Shown: in pieces, positions 13,158 through 30,247 of the stretch
How the letters are laid out: every line of letters begins with the position of its first letter
Position numbering within the stretch: position 1 is the stretch's first letter
Assembly (NCBI GenBank): GCA_003693705.1
Contig: RBZT01000545.1
Coordinates: 4,127-68,126, forward strand
DNA length: 64,000 bases
Direction: 5' to 3'
Source: Polymyxa betae A26-41
Taxonomy: Eukaryota; Protista; Endomyxa: Phytomyxea
Made by a program: the position numbers and the translations under genes
The notes under the pieces: model-generated
What the model was told of the DNA's origin: nothing
Database searches by the model: none
The model's input: the letters and a program-made list of their open reading frames with translations, nothing else

Positions 13158-14644
13158 ATGGCGAATGTAATGGAGTTCGAAGTCCCAGCTCCGCCTTCCG
13201 ATGGCATATCCTCATTACAGTTCGCCAATTCGGCTGACAATCTTTTGGCCTCATCTTGGGATCATGTCCGGGTGTTCCCTGTGGTCGACTATCCTTTAAT
13301 GACGTCATTTTAGACCGCTCGCGTGTACGATGTCGCCGGCCAGCGTTGCTTATCGGTTGTGGACCCATGCGGAAGCCCATTGCTGACGAGCCAGTGGGCT
13401 GGACAATTTCAATGTTTGTCTGGTGCCATCAATGGTACCATTACACTCACTGATTTAAATACATCCCAGACATTACAGGCCCTACAGCCCCATAAAGCAG
13501 GTGTCTCAAAGGTCCTATAGAAACTTGGTTGTTTTCTCTCTGCATTAGTTTCATTTCTTTTTCGATAATGTTTGAGTTATAAATGGTTTAAAAAAATCGC
13601 ATCGTGCTATGAATTCTTTCGTAAACCTCTGCGCTTTCGCTCGCTGTGATTCCAAGTAAACTGTTGGTTTAGATCCTCTGCCCTGGGTATTGGTCGTCGC
13701 CATCGCTATGTGCAACGAGTTCTTGGGATATGTTTCTTCATTTGTATGATTTAAGATCTGGTGAACAGCCCACTGTTCAGCAGTTCTTACATTCGAAAAT
13801 CTATGCCATGGCGGCCGTTCCGAATTCGCATTTGCTCCTGATCGGTACTGCCGACCGCCGTATTCACATTTACGACACTCGTAATATGGCAACTCCCGAA
13901 CAGGTTAGGTGAATTGCAACCGTCCAATCTTAAGTAACCAAGTTTTTTATTTAGGTTCGCGAATCGTCTTTACGCCATCAAACCCGAGATCTTGCTGCCA
14001 TGGTTGATGGCGCTGGCTACTGCCTCTCATCAGTCGAAGGGCGAGTTGCTGTTGAGTACATAGATCCCAGCCCTCAAGTTCAACAAGGCAAATATGCATT
14101 TAAATGTCACCGAGGGACAACTCCCGATGGCAAACACGTCAGTGCTTTCAAGATCCTTGATAGTTTATCGTTTAATTTTCCAAAGTGACTGTTTGTTTTA
14201 CGTTTATTTTATGGGTTTTCTTCCAAGAAGTCCTGCGTGTATCTGCCTTTACTTTACTTCGTTTTGCCAAAGCTCTTATCGTTGCACCTTTGAGGGTTTT
14301 CTTTTTGTAAATGAAAAAATCAGTCGTTGATGGCAATACAGCTTGTGTATCCTGTCAATTGCATTGCTTTCCATCCCGTGTATGGAACATTTGCTACTGG
14401 AGGTGATGATCAGATCGTCAACATTTGGGACGGCGTCGCTCGTAAACGAATTCGGCAATTGGCGCCGTATCCGACCTCTATCAGTGCATTGGCATTCAGC
14501 TCGAAAGGAGATTACTTAGCAATTGCTTCGAGCTATACGTTTTCCGAAGGAGACAAGGAGCACCCGCATGACCAGATTTTCGTTCGATTTGTTGATCGAT
14601 CTGATGTCATGCCCAAATCCTCTGCCAAACGCGATCGGCAGTAA
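13158..14644 (+). CDS. BUB3: Mitotic checkpoint WD40 protein Bub3 (spliced)
   Basis: [72 protein letters not shown]. Confidence 0.92.
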
Positions 14645-14790
14645 ATTGTTTAATCAAATATAGAAGTCAGCTAATTGTTCAGAAAATATTTTCTTAATTT
14701 GACAGCATTGCCCAAGCAAAAGTAACAATCGGTTTCTCACGTGCCAAAATCGTACCATCCAGATAAACAACTATTCTTTATTATCGGAGT

Positions 14791-17700
14791 CTAGGTATTG
14801 TTTTTTTTCGACCGATCTTCTAGCTGGATCAGATCTCCACCATCTAACGGGACGCTAATACCGACATGATAGGCGACATTGCCGATAAGCTCTAAGTGCG
14901 ATCTCCTGGCTTTTGCCTTATTATTTTCACTGGCTAAAGCCCAGCCGATAAAATCCACATGATCGATTGAGATGTGATTTGAATCGGTATTCGTCGATTC
15001 AGTTGGAGAAGATGGATTCAATGTTACAGTCACGTATCGGCCCCGAACTGGCTTCGGCAAGATGATTTCCACAAATCTATGTGGCCTTAAATCGGCTACG
15101 AAGACCGGTGACTTGGCTGGCGGGTCGGTTTCCGGTAGTTTTGGACACTGCTCGTCGAAATATCCAGATATGACGCGAAGCTGTTGATAGCTTAATGGAG
15201 GCAGATCTGAGACGGGCTGCTCGGTGACGTAAACAGCGATTGACGCAACATCATTCTTATGGCGGCGGTGAATATCCCCAACTGCAACAACTACATGCGT
15301 TAACGCGAACGACTCCTCCATCCCTAGTACACAATGAACATTCCCGGTATGTCCCGTGGCAGTTCTAGCAGGAGGCCCTCTTTCATCCAACATGTTCTGC
15401 ATTGGATAAAGGAAACTACCCATCCCAAATTTTCCACCGGCACCATTGCAAGATATTAGTTTCATGGGTAATCGCTCTAGCCCGAATTCGGCTGCAAACA
15501 GGATCCTTTGAATTAATCTTGCATTTTCGGAACCCTTCGTAAACAGTAAATTACACGTAAACACGCTTAATGCGCCTTACATTTGCCAGAGATCTTGCTT
15601 CCATTGCCTTTAGAACTTCCCTTGTTTCCTGATCAGTTGCTTTTTGAGACCCAATTATCGACCAAGTCGCTGTCGATTTCCTCCGTCTTTCACCAGTTAA
15701 TAAGGTTTCTTCTGAGTCAGCTTTAATAATTAGTTGTTTTCTTTGGTTGGGAGATAACATCAGCGGAGCAGGATGGCTGCAGCTATTCAAACTGGAATCC
15801 AAACTGGATTTGGCGGTTTCAAACTCCTGATCAACAGTGATTTGAATGCTGGATACGCCGATCTCCTGCTAATTTTTTGAATTAGCAAGCCTTACAAAAA
15901 GGATTAACCCGAGTTGTTACCACAGCTGGGATATGAGTCCGAAGTGCAAGCAACGGTGGCAGGGTATTTATGTGAACTGATAGCACGTTTTCAGAAAGTG
16001 ATTGTCGTATTGCAGATTTTCTCCATTTGTCAGACTGTTGCCTACAATCAAGTTACAAAAGCAGCATGATCTGAGCGACTTTCATTACTTATTTTCATCA
16101 GACGCCAATTTCGTCTTTTGAGAAGCTGCAGATGGCATAGTGGTAAGATGCGTCTCTACTATTTCATCAACCATCGATGTCAGAGCCATGCATAAATCTA
16201 AAGCATCAACGCCCAGTTCGGAATCCTGTCGACCTTATAACATGGAATAGCCATTTTGAATTACAAACCTGATGGGCCTGCAGATAGTAAGCCAAAATGG
16301 GTTCGATGTCGTTTCCTGCCAAATGCTTCAAATATCTTAATCTCCATGTAAACGGCAAGTCAGCTTGCACAGCAAAGGTTGTTAACAACTGAAGGGCACG
16401 GATCTGGGCCACATTAGAAAACGATTAAAATGACTTCCAAACCATATCAGACCGTCATAGCTTCTGCAATTAGTGCCGATTTAGGATTGTCTTGGTCAAT
16501 TAGTCTCACTAAATTAGTGACAGCTGCGAGATTGTCAGTTGATAGAGCATCAACTCTTGGGCCTGGATCTAGCCGACATATCTATTAGCAGAATGAGTTT
16601 ATACTCAGAACGTATCTTGTTTGATTATACAAGTTCAGTGATGCTTAGATTGATGTTAGGTGTGACAATTTCGAGATCGGTCATAGCCGATAGGTAGCTT
16701 CCGAACGGAACCAACATTTTGATGAACAACAACCCGAAACTGGACATAGCATTAAGCATACATGGCCCATATTGTAATGCCTAGCTATACCGAGTCGCAC
16801 CAGAATCTAAAATTGCCCAAAGCCGATGTATCAGCTGCCGGTACATGGATACTGACTCGCTTTTGAATCGAACAGGAGCGTCGAAAAGAGCACGAAGGCA
16901 ATCTGTTTGTAGAATTCTACAAAGCGCCGATGGGGATCCCTGGCTATCGACGCTGTTGGCATCGATATCAGGTCGAGGAACCCGACTCAGTTCCTAAAAA
17001 TAACATTTACTCAAGAGAATTGCGAAGAGAAAATCTGATACCATTGGATCCGAGAACTGTATAATTCTCAGGAAGATTTGAAAGCCAACAGTGACGAGAT
17101 TGATTTCTGGCTGTTTAAGCAAATCAATGACGAAATCACTGCAATATATTCGAGCTGTAACTCGCATTGAGCCAAATTTTGCACCATCCTTTCCGGGGCC
17201 ATTTTCAAACTGTCAGGATCTTAGCAATCTGCGATTCAGCCGCTAAAAGTATTACATATGTTTTGCCTGGCCCAGAAGGCGAGGGTAAAGGTGTAGCTCC
17301 TCTGGAATCAGCCGAAAGCGCAGGCAGACTAGATAACCATTTCAAGCAAATGAAACAATTCGGCGAACACATCGAGCTCTCGCTCTCAGCGTCACTCTGA
17401 GGAACTATATCACTTTGCTGTAGCTCCCTCGATTCCGAGAACTCGTTAATGCCGAAGTCCATTTCGAAAATATCCCTCATTTTCATGACTGTAAAGCTGA
17501 GAAGCTCATCTATGTTAGAGTCCCAAAACTCAATTCTTAATCTCGCATAAAAAATGTCATGAAGTTCGAGGTCATAGGAGAACAAACTCGGGGCTGGGCC
17601 CAGAAAAAAGTTCAAAGATCGACGCTTTCCTCCTCCCGTTGCTTCGCTTGGGCCCCTTTCGCTATTGAAAAATCTCAGCAGGACCAAAGCCACTCAGGTG

Positions 17701-18650
17701 CATGTTCCTTACACTTCATCATCAGCGCCAGAAGACGCGGAAGACGGTGTGGAAAATATCATATTGGTTTCTTGGGCAGGGCGAGGGTCAGGAACTCTGA
17801 ACACTGGACACAAAGTTCCTTCTTCCACCTGTTACTTCATATTCAGTTCATGCCACTGAGACATAATACCATGTACTTCAGATGTCTTTATGACGTCATC
17901 GTTTACGTTGGAATAAACTGGACTCCCATCTTTCATGATGTAGAGCCCATCGTCTCCAACCGATCGTAACGACACTGAAGACGGTTGCAATCTAATGATG
18001 GCCAGTTTAGTTCAAACTTAAGCAGCTATCAGAGTCTAACATTATCGGCTGTCTTCTTCGCTGTAAAATTGCTTTACAGATGATATTTCTGGTTTTCGGT
18101 CGTCTTCTGAAAAGTGTAGTTGCATGAGCAGGAAGATTTTGGGCTGCTATTTCTCGAATATGCAGCTGAGCATATGGCATCTTTAATACAATGTCTCACA
18201 GCAATACAAGCATGATTATCAAATCTAGAAATTTGAGGATCATAGCATGAGCATCGTCCTCCTCTTCGCGCCGTTGAATGTAGCTTGATTGGTCGTAAGA
18301 TGATCGCCGGAAGCGTACTCAAGTCTTCAAAAATCTCGGCTCCCAGATTCTCGGTCAGTCGAGGAAATCTATGAGGGCTATCTGCATACAGCAGAGCTGC
18401 AGCTATCCAGCTAGGATATAAGACTTCATCCTGTGAGTATTAAGGTGTTTATAGCAAATGGAAAACACGGTCAGTTGGTGGGTTCGGCAACCCTATTCAC
18501 AACACTGATACTACACATGTCTACGTTACCACCTCATGTCCATTGGTTATGATCACACCAGTATTACACTAATATATCAAATCGTTCTTAATAGAGGCGA
18601 ATTGCAACAGTACAGATGATTCTGTCGTATGTCTGTTTACATCGGCTGTC
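14791..18650 (-). CDS. Large hypothetical multi-exon protein, helical (ARM-like) body with C-terminal beta-sandwich-like domain
   Basis: Chain of minus-strand ORFs (14791..15564, 15551..15802, 16206..16412, 17205..17693, 18074..18322) separated by short GT-AG introns. The C-terminal PVRGRYVTVTL...SIDHVDFIG segment resembles a galactose-binding/discoidin fold. Confidence 0.5.
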
Positions 18651-19062
18651 ATTCCATAGTTTGCAGAGAGATTTCAATCAATCGAAACCCAAAGTGACTT
18701 TAAGACGATAGCCAATCGTAAACTCTTTAAGAATTGAATAAAGTTCATAGTTACTACATAACGTCGTTCAGCATTATAGATAGGGGGTTGCATACATCAT
18801 GTTCCAACAATGTTATTATTTACTAGTTATTTCAACAATTCAACGCTCGCTTTTCACTTTGCGTTTGAAACTATTTGAATCGCAGACCAAGCCAGGATGT
18901 TGGTTTGTATGACACTTGGTCTAGATCCATGCGTTATCCTTAATATTTGTGTTTGGACGGAAGTCCGTGTTAGGAGCATGATTCCTTGAAATCGTTGCAT
19001 TTTATTGATATATTGTATATACGATCACTGGTTCCCTATCATAATCGTATAGACTTTAAGTC

Positions 19063-22000
19063 ATGGTTGTGGGAACCAGAAATCGCTCAACCACGACCAA
19101 AACGGATTCTGCAATCGATGCCAAGCCTGCCAGAGGAACCAGCGCCCAAGCACCTGCAAACGCCCCGAACAGTATCGAGGATATCATCGACCGTGCAGAG
19201 CAACTAACTAGATCTGATCGTAATGCTGCATCTACCCTCAATAAAGGTGGTCATCGTCGCCTTACCGAGAAGGAGGAGGATGCGTTGATTGTCAGCGTAT
19301 GCCGCTCGATTTACATCACCAAACTATTCGCTGATTTATTCAGGATGAGGCCTGCGAAGGAGATGAAGAGAATATCCCTCGATTCGACACCCAGCCTCCA
19401 AATATTGTTGGCGGGACGATGAAGGGCTATCAACTGGCTGGATTGAACTGGCTTGTACGGCTGTACGAGACTAATGTCAATGGGATTTTAGCTGATGAAA
19501 TGGGATTGGGAAAGACATTACAGGTATTTTGACAGTCCTGCATAACATATTAAATTAATTTTGCTCCATTCGCTGACGTCTTTTAACATTGTTTCAAATC
19601 GGGTCAATCTCTCGCATTCGCTCAATTTTATTAGACAATTTCTCTGGTGGCGTATTTAAGGCAATATCGTAAAGTTCACGGTTCTCATTTAATCGTTGTT
19701 CCAAAGTCAACAATGGGCAACTGGCAAAATGAATTCCGAAAATGGTTCGTTATCGGAGGCGCTGCCTTGCTTTTACTAATAACAGTAATAGGTGTCCAGA
19801 TGTTGATGTCTTTCTTCTTCAAGGAAACAAGGATGAACGAAATCATCTTATCCAAACGAAGTTGAAGCCTTTAAAATTCGATGTGTGTGTGACAAGGTTG
19901 TTTAGCTTATATCAATTTATTGCTGTGACTTATAAATCGGCTTATAGTTACGAAATGGTGCTAAGGGAAAAAGGGCCAATTCGTAAAGTTTCTTGGCATT
20001 TGCTTGTCGTTGATGAGGCTCATCGCCTGAAAAATGAGAATTCATGCCTTTCCCAGGTATCCATTGCTGCAGTATGGTGAATGCACATCTCAGATTTGAG
20101 CTTTAAGGTTCTTCGTTTGTTCCCGTCGCGAGCTCGTTTGCTAATTACTGGAACACCTTTGCAAAATAATTTACATGAACTGTGGTCACTGCTAAATTTC
20201 TTAATGCCCAACCTCTTCGATTCAGCTAGCGAGTTTGATGCGGTAAGCATTTTGCTGACCGTGAGTAGAGCATTGCTGATACGAGGGATTTAGTTCTTGA
20301 ATGTCGCAGAGGCTGATGATGAGACCGGAAGGCAGCTTCTTGCTAAGCTACATGCAATCTTAAAACCGTTTCTATTACGACGCCTCAAGGTTCAAGCAGC
20401 GCTACGCATGGCCATTTTGTTTACTGATTGTCTAGACTGATGTCGCCAAAGACATCCCTCCTAAAATTGAGACTCTGTTGTACGTCGGAATGTCCAGTAT
20501 GCAGAAAGAAATCTATAGGGCGGTTTTCCAGAAGGACCTCAATGCTATTCAAGGCTCGACTAAGAACTCCAAACGTCCAAAAGACCTCTGTTGTTTCATC
20601 GGTTTATGACACGCCGCATAGGTTTGCTTAACGTAATGATGCAGCTTCGAAAAGCTGCAAATCATCCGTATCTGTTTGAAGGAATTGAGGACCGATCATT
20701 GCCTGTTTATGGTGAACACATGATTACCAATAGCGGCAAGATGGTCGTCTTAGATAAGCTTTTGGGCCGATTGAATCAGCAAGGCTCGAGGGTTCTTATA
20801 TTCTCACAAATGACTCGTGTTCTTGATATTCTCGAAGATTACTGCGTGTATGGCTGTTTTCATCTTTATTCGGGTACAGTTTTACATGGTGATTCTTCAG
20901 ATTCCGTGAATATGAGTACTGTCGTATCGATGGTGGTACTGATACTGAAGAGAGAGAACAACAAATGATGGAATACAACGCTGAAGGATCATCAAAATTC
21001 ATCTTTTTGCTGTCATCACGCGCTGGCGGTCTTGGCATCAATCTTCAAACTGCTGATATTGTCGTCTTATATGATTCAGGTTGCTTCTCTTCATCATCAT
21101 TTGTAAACCTAACGGCATGACAGATTGGAATCCGCAAATGGATCTACAAGCGCAAGATCGTGCACATCGGATTGGTCAGAAGAAGACTGTGCACGTCTAT
21201 CGCTTCGTAACTGAGCATACCATTGAGGAGAAGGTAGTTTCTTTTATTATGTAATTTGCTGCTTCATAATATATGCTATACAGATTATTGAGCGAGCCGA
21301 AATGAAACTTCGCTTAGACGCAATGGTTATCCAGCAAGGTCGCCTCACCGACCGAAGCACGAAAATGCTGAAAGACGAAATGGTTGCTTTAATCCGTTAC
21401 GGAGCCGACGAGATATTCCGAACCAAGGATTCCACAATTACAGACGAAGATATCGACCTCATTCTTTCAAAAGGCGCTGAAAGGACTGAACAGCTGGCCG
21501 TATGCCTAACAGTTTCCCTTTGAGTTTCAATACTTATCATTTGCATTCATAGCAAAAACTATCGGAATTCGAAAAATCTCTATCGAACTTTACAATGTCT
21601 GGTGATGATTCGGCAACCGAACAAGCTTTTATGTCCTTGGCCGGAGCTGAGCAGGGTTCAAGCAAAGCTGAAGATTTGGCTTTTTTGACCAAGGTTTCTT
21701 CTGTTCTTGGCAAGCGCGATCGCATCAAAAGCCGTACCAGCTATGATGTTGACCAATATTACAAAGAGGTCGGGTTTGCTTTCAAAGCTTTCCTATACTT
21801 TACTCAGACCGGTGTCTAGGTGATGGATGAAAAACGAAGAAAATCAGGGAATGCGTCAGTTCCTCGGCCGAAGCGGTTACCACAGCTCTTTGATTTCCAT
21901 GTAAGTTGTTCGCAAATCTGAACGTAATTGATAAAAATTTGCTTTAGTTTCTTGATAGAGATAGGTTGACAGATCTGGCTGATAAAGAACAAGCTCGATG

Positions 22001-23012
22001 GTCGATGGAATCTGATGTACTTTCTTCCTTGCCCAAACTTCAGCGATACTGACATGCCTTAGGGCCTTGATGAAATGGATTTGCCACCTGCCTTGACAGA
22101 AGAGGAGCAGGCTGAGAAAGAACGGCTGCTTTTGGAAGGGTTCATACAATGGAACCGCCGAGATTTCAATCGGTATCTTCGTGCGTGCGGTGCGTGTAAC
22201 TTTTCGCTTTTGTGGTTGCTTTTTCTCAAAAGCATTCCAACTGTTTTTTGATAACGTATCTGACGTTGTCTCAGAGAGGTTTGGCCGAGACGGCGTTGAC
22301 AATATTGTCAAAGCACTCCAAGATAAGCCGGAGCAGGAGGTTTGGAAGCATTTTCATTCATTTACCTTTCGATGTCACTTGACTTGAGCTAGGTTCGCCA
22401 GTATCACATTACGTTTTGGAAGCGTTATACGGAGCTGGAAGGATGGGAAAGGATTATCAAAGCCATCGAACGAGGAGAATCGAGGCTGGTTCGTGGCAAA
22501 GAAATTCAAGAGGTAAATAGTCATAATGCGAGTCTCTGCAAATAATGACTTATATGTGGTCAGCTAATTACTCGTGCTATTCGGAATGCTGGTACAGATC
22601 CAATGAAAACGTTAGAACTGAAATACGGAACCCAGCATAAAGGCAAAGGCTATACAGAACTAAACGACCGGTTTCTTCTGGTTAAAACTGGTTCGTGCTG
22701 GTAATCTCTGATCGTTCCTATCTGATAGCATGACAGCTGAGTTTGGATATGGCGATTGGGAGCGTTTGCATATGGCTATAATGTGCTCTTCGTTGTTCAC
22801 GTTTGATTATTTCATCAAGAGTCGTTCTAGTGCTGAATTAAATCGCCGCGTTGATGTTTTGGCAAGAATATGCGAGAAGGTAAATAGATTCCATCCCGTT
22901 TGCTCTAGTTAAACCGGAATGTGAGCAGGAATTAGACCAGAAGCAGGAACCAGAAGGCGACAAGAAGCCAAAATTATCAGAAAAGAAAACACGACCTGTT
23001 GTAGCAAAATGA
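19063..23012 (+). CDS. ISWI: ISWI/SMARCA5-family SNF2 chromatin-remodelling ATPase with HAND-SANT-SLIDE
   Basis: [93 protein letters not shown]. Confidence 0.95.
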
Positions 23013-23243
23013 GTATTTCATTGTATATTAGTGCCTCTGAATAAAAGGGAATTACAAACAGAAGAAGCATAGTATTGCTCCTTCTTTGTATTAACATTGT
23101 TGTTTAATCTGTAGGTTTGTCAGTAATAGGAACATATCAAAAATGATCTCAGATTAATGCAAATGTAATGTTACAAATCTGTCATTTGACAACCTCGCAT
23201 TAATTTCCTTACACTGATCAACTCGATTGGTCAAACTTCAAAA

Positions 23244-24180
23244 ATGTCGGTCTCTGATCAGATGGAGGTTGAGGATTCGCCCCATGAGAAACGAATCGTG
23301 CGTCAGCTTTTCTTGTCCATTGATTGGGAGCTTAACCTGCGCTAGGAGCCTGGAGAGCCTTTAAGGGAGTTTGAGTGCGAAGACGATGATTCAACGTCCC
23401 ATGAAGAACGGGTTTTGGATCAAGAATATGAAAGACAGGCCAGGCATCATTGTAGGTCTCCATTCTTTTGCTTTGACTCTTATGTCAGACATTTTGAGAA
23501 CTTCATACTGCCTTGAATGAGTAATGAAGTTTACTCAGGGGATGAAGAATCATTTCGTCGTCATCTAGTTCTGCCTCATATCATTAGCGGTTATCTCCAG
23601 CTGTCTTTTAATGTTGTGATGATATCTTTCGTGATGTATGCACTAACATCATTCGTATCCAGTATTCATGGAGATATTGATACAAAAGTGGGTGCTTTTC
23701 GCTGCAAGTCTCCAATTCTCATTGTTATCTGCAAAGGTCAACGAATATTCTGGCACGATTGTCAACGAAATTGCTGAATGTTTAAACAATCATCGCTTAA
23801 ATCGATGTGGCACTGCTGACGAAGTGCCTGCTCTTCGTGCAACGTGTTCTATGTGGGAGAGATGCATGTCGAGAGATCCTACAACCGTCGCGAGGACCAA
23901 GCTTTCTGCCCATACCATAGGCGAAATCCTCAATAATTTCGTGGAACCGTTGTCATATAAGGCTATGGCTTTCTTCACGTTGTTCTTGTTCTGCTTCATC
24001 ATCGCGTCCAATTTGGCATTAAAAATGGGCGCCTCAAAGCCAGCTTTAGCAACCGCCAACGCGCTAATTCCTGCATGGGAGAAAAGACCAAGTCGTTCAA
24101 AGTCACCTGTTAAAATGATTCGAGCCAGAGCCACATCACATTCCTATCGCAGGACACCCGCCGATCTTACGCGGTACTGA
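23244..24180 (+). CDS. BRL1: Brl1/Brr6-family nuclear envelope protein
   Basis: LPHIISGYLQLSFN, two TM segments flanking four conserved Cys (EIAEC..NRC..PALRATCSMWERCMSRDP), EILNNFVEPLSYK. Confidence 0.88.
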
Positions 24181-24430
24181 CTCAGCAATAGTCGCTCTAA
24201 TTTATAGTGTGTTATGGTTAATATAATGCTGGTAATTACGATTATGAACATTGATCTCCTAGCAAGGCAAAAAATTTCATTTGACAGATTCAATGCAACA
24301 TCATTCTCATTTTAGTCAGATGTAAGTACCTAGGTAAGATGTCCCGAAGTGGCGAGGCCTCCTGTTCAGATGCATTTTTCCCTTTCCATCTTCTTCCGTG
24401 TCATGATCAGATTCGTTTGAATTGGCGACA

Positions 24431-28294
<3,864 letters not shown>

Positions 28295-28502
28295 CAATTA
28301 AAATCGTTAGACTGTTGTATCATCGCCGAAAGTTGCTGTTAATCAAATGGAGTTGATATAATTAGGCGTCTCGATAGATTTCGAAGCTCTAGTAATTTGT
28401 TTCTCTCTGGTCTTGGTCTATGGTTTGATATTCCAGCAGGTTTCTGTACTCTCTAACTTGATGTCAGTCTACGTTGTGATTTACTGAATGTAAGATGGGA
28501 TC

Positions 28503-30142
28503 CTATTTCTGGGCAGATCCTTGTGATACCGCTCGCATTTGACGTTGTCGTTGCGATTGTAGGAAATCTTGAATAATTCGCTGCCGCCTTAATTCGTGTG
28601 ATTTTTCAGATGCCGGTCGACTGGATCTCGGACGTGTCTATCATCACTTTGAGCCAGACCGATTACAAATAAAATGCAACAGAATCTCACAGGTTCAGGC
28701 CGCTTGCATTTTGCTCGGTTGTGCCGCAGTGCCAGCTGAACGGTTTGATACAAAGCCGGTGCGGTCGTCTTTGGAATTTGAAACTCATAGATATGAGGAC
28801 AGCTGCGGATCGTATCCAGAATGAGATCAACAGAGCCCTCATCGAAAGAGTTCCCATCTAGATCGATGTGTCTTCAAGGACGCTCAGTGAATGTGAGAAG
28901 TGGAAAAGTAGAACGAATACCGACTTCAACAACAAGTTTTGTTTTAAAGATTGACAGAATCGCTCAAGACCAACGTATGGTGTCCCAAGTTGATTAGCAC
29001 ATAGGTTGAGCTTACTTATAGATCGATTCAGTTCGATGCCGGCGCTCAGCAGCATCAATCCTTGATCGCCGAGCTGATTCCCTTCAAGGTTGAGTTCTCT
29101 ACAATCGGTTACTTGCCATTGTATCACTCAGAATAATTCTATACCGAAGCGAGGACTTAATCGTGGTTAGGAATGAGGCAATGATAGAGCCGCATTCCAC
29201 ATCCAAATCGCAGAACGCCAGTGACAATGTTTGCATGCCGTTGGAGACAGCACAACGTAGTGCCATCTCTAATGCACGTAATCCATCTCTTCCAAGGCCA
29301 TTATAACTAGAAGACAATCACTGGTATATAGCAGGTGATGAAAGCGTTGTACTCAAGAGCCAGGCCTTTTAATTTCGGGGCGTTTTTTGTAGATAACGCA
29401 GCTGATAATGCAGCACAGCATTGGATGGGATCAGTTAGTTCACAGTCAATTAGCTCGAGGATAGAGAGTTGATGGAGGTTCGGTAGTGTAGCACACTAAA
29501 GGCGATGATCAGAATGTGGAATGATGTGAGCATAACCGATGCTTACAAATGCAAGAAAGCCAATATTGCCAATACCAGCCCGCCACATAGAGATTCGTTT
29601 TAACGATGTGTAGAATGTACGATGAAGACATTCAGCTAGAGCTTGGCAGGATCGGGGCCCGATTGATTCGCCAATCAATAGACTTTTCAAAGGTTGCTCT
29701 ATCGTCAAAATCAACTCTCTGCAGTAAGTTCCTCGGCAAAACTCTCTCTGAATTTAAACCTTTCAGCACATTTCGAAAAGCCATAAAAGTTAGAGTCGAT
29801 TGCTGTGAATATGAATGATGAATCAAAACTCAGCGTTTGCTGTAATATAGAGACTGGAAGTTTCTCACTTTGTTCAATAGCCTTATTCATCTGATCAATG
29901 ATCGGCTTGAACGAAAGCCGATCGAGATTATCTCGCACAGCGATGTCGATAGCCGCTAGGCGTAGGTCGATGGTCGTTGCTGTCACTTCCGACCGGGTTC
30001 CCTCGTTGAACAACTTGCGCCTGGCCTGCCTTGATACCGCTGCCGAACTCGGCCGAAACGATTTTGATGACCGAACAGCTGCCCTGGTTGTTGCCGCCGA
30101 TTTTGGTCGCTGTCGTAATGCAGAATTAGGGCGAGGTTTCAT
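28503..30142 (-). CDS. RNI-like leucine-rich repeat protein (possibly ciliary)
   Basis: LKRISMWRAGIGNIG, TLSLAFCDLD, ELNLEGNQLGDQG, KLNLCANQLG; basic RPxSA-rich N-terminus. Confidence 0.75.
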
Positions 30143-30247
30143 GTCGGGCGCTATTGACCGATTATGCTCAGATCGATTTCCAGTACCGATAAGACGAGCA
30201 TATTTATACCGAATTAAATTCTGTATTTACAAGATTGCCGGCTTGGG

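Noticed and set aside
21168-21170. Full CGG-to-Trp codon reassignment suggested by the Trp-like tRNA(CCG)
   Set aside because: CGG encodes the invariant Arg of ISWI helicase motif VI (AHRIGQ) here, and the conserved Trp residues I checked use TGG, so CGG is read as Arg at least predominantly.
13158-24180. Apparent cluster of nuclear/mitotic genes (BUB3, ISWI, BRL1)
   Set aside because: These are unrelated housekeeping genes in a compact genome, with no shared regulatory signature visible.
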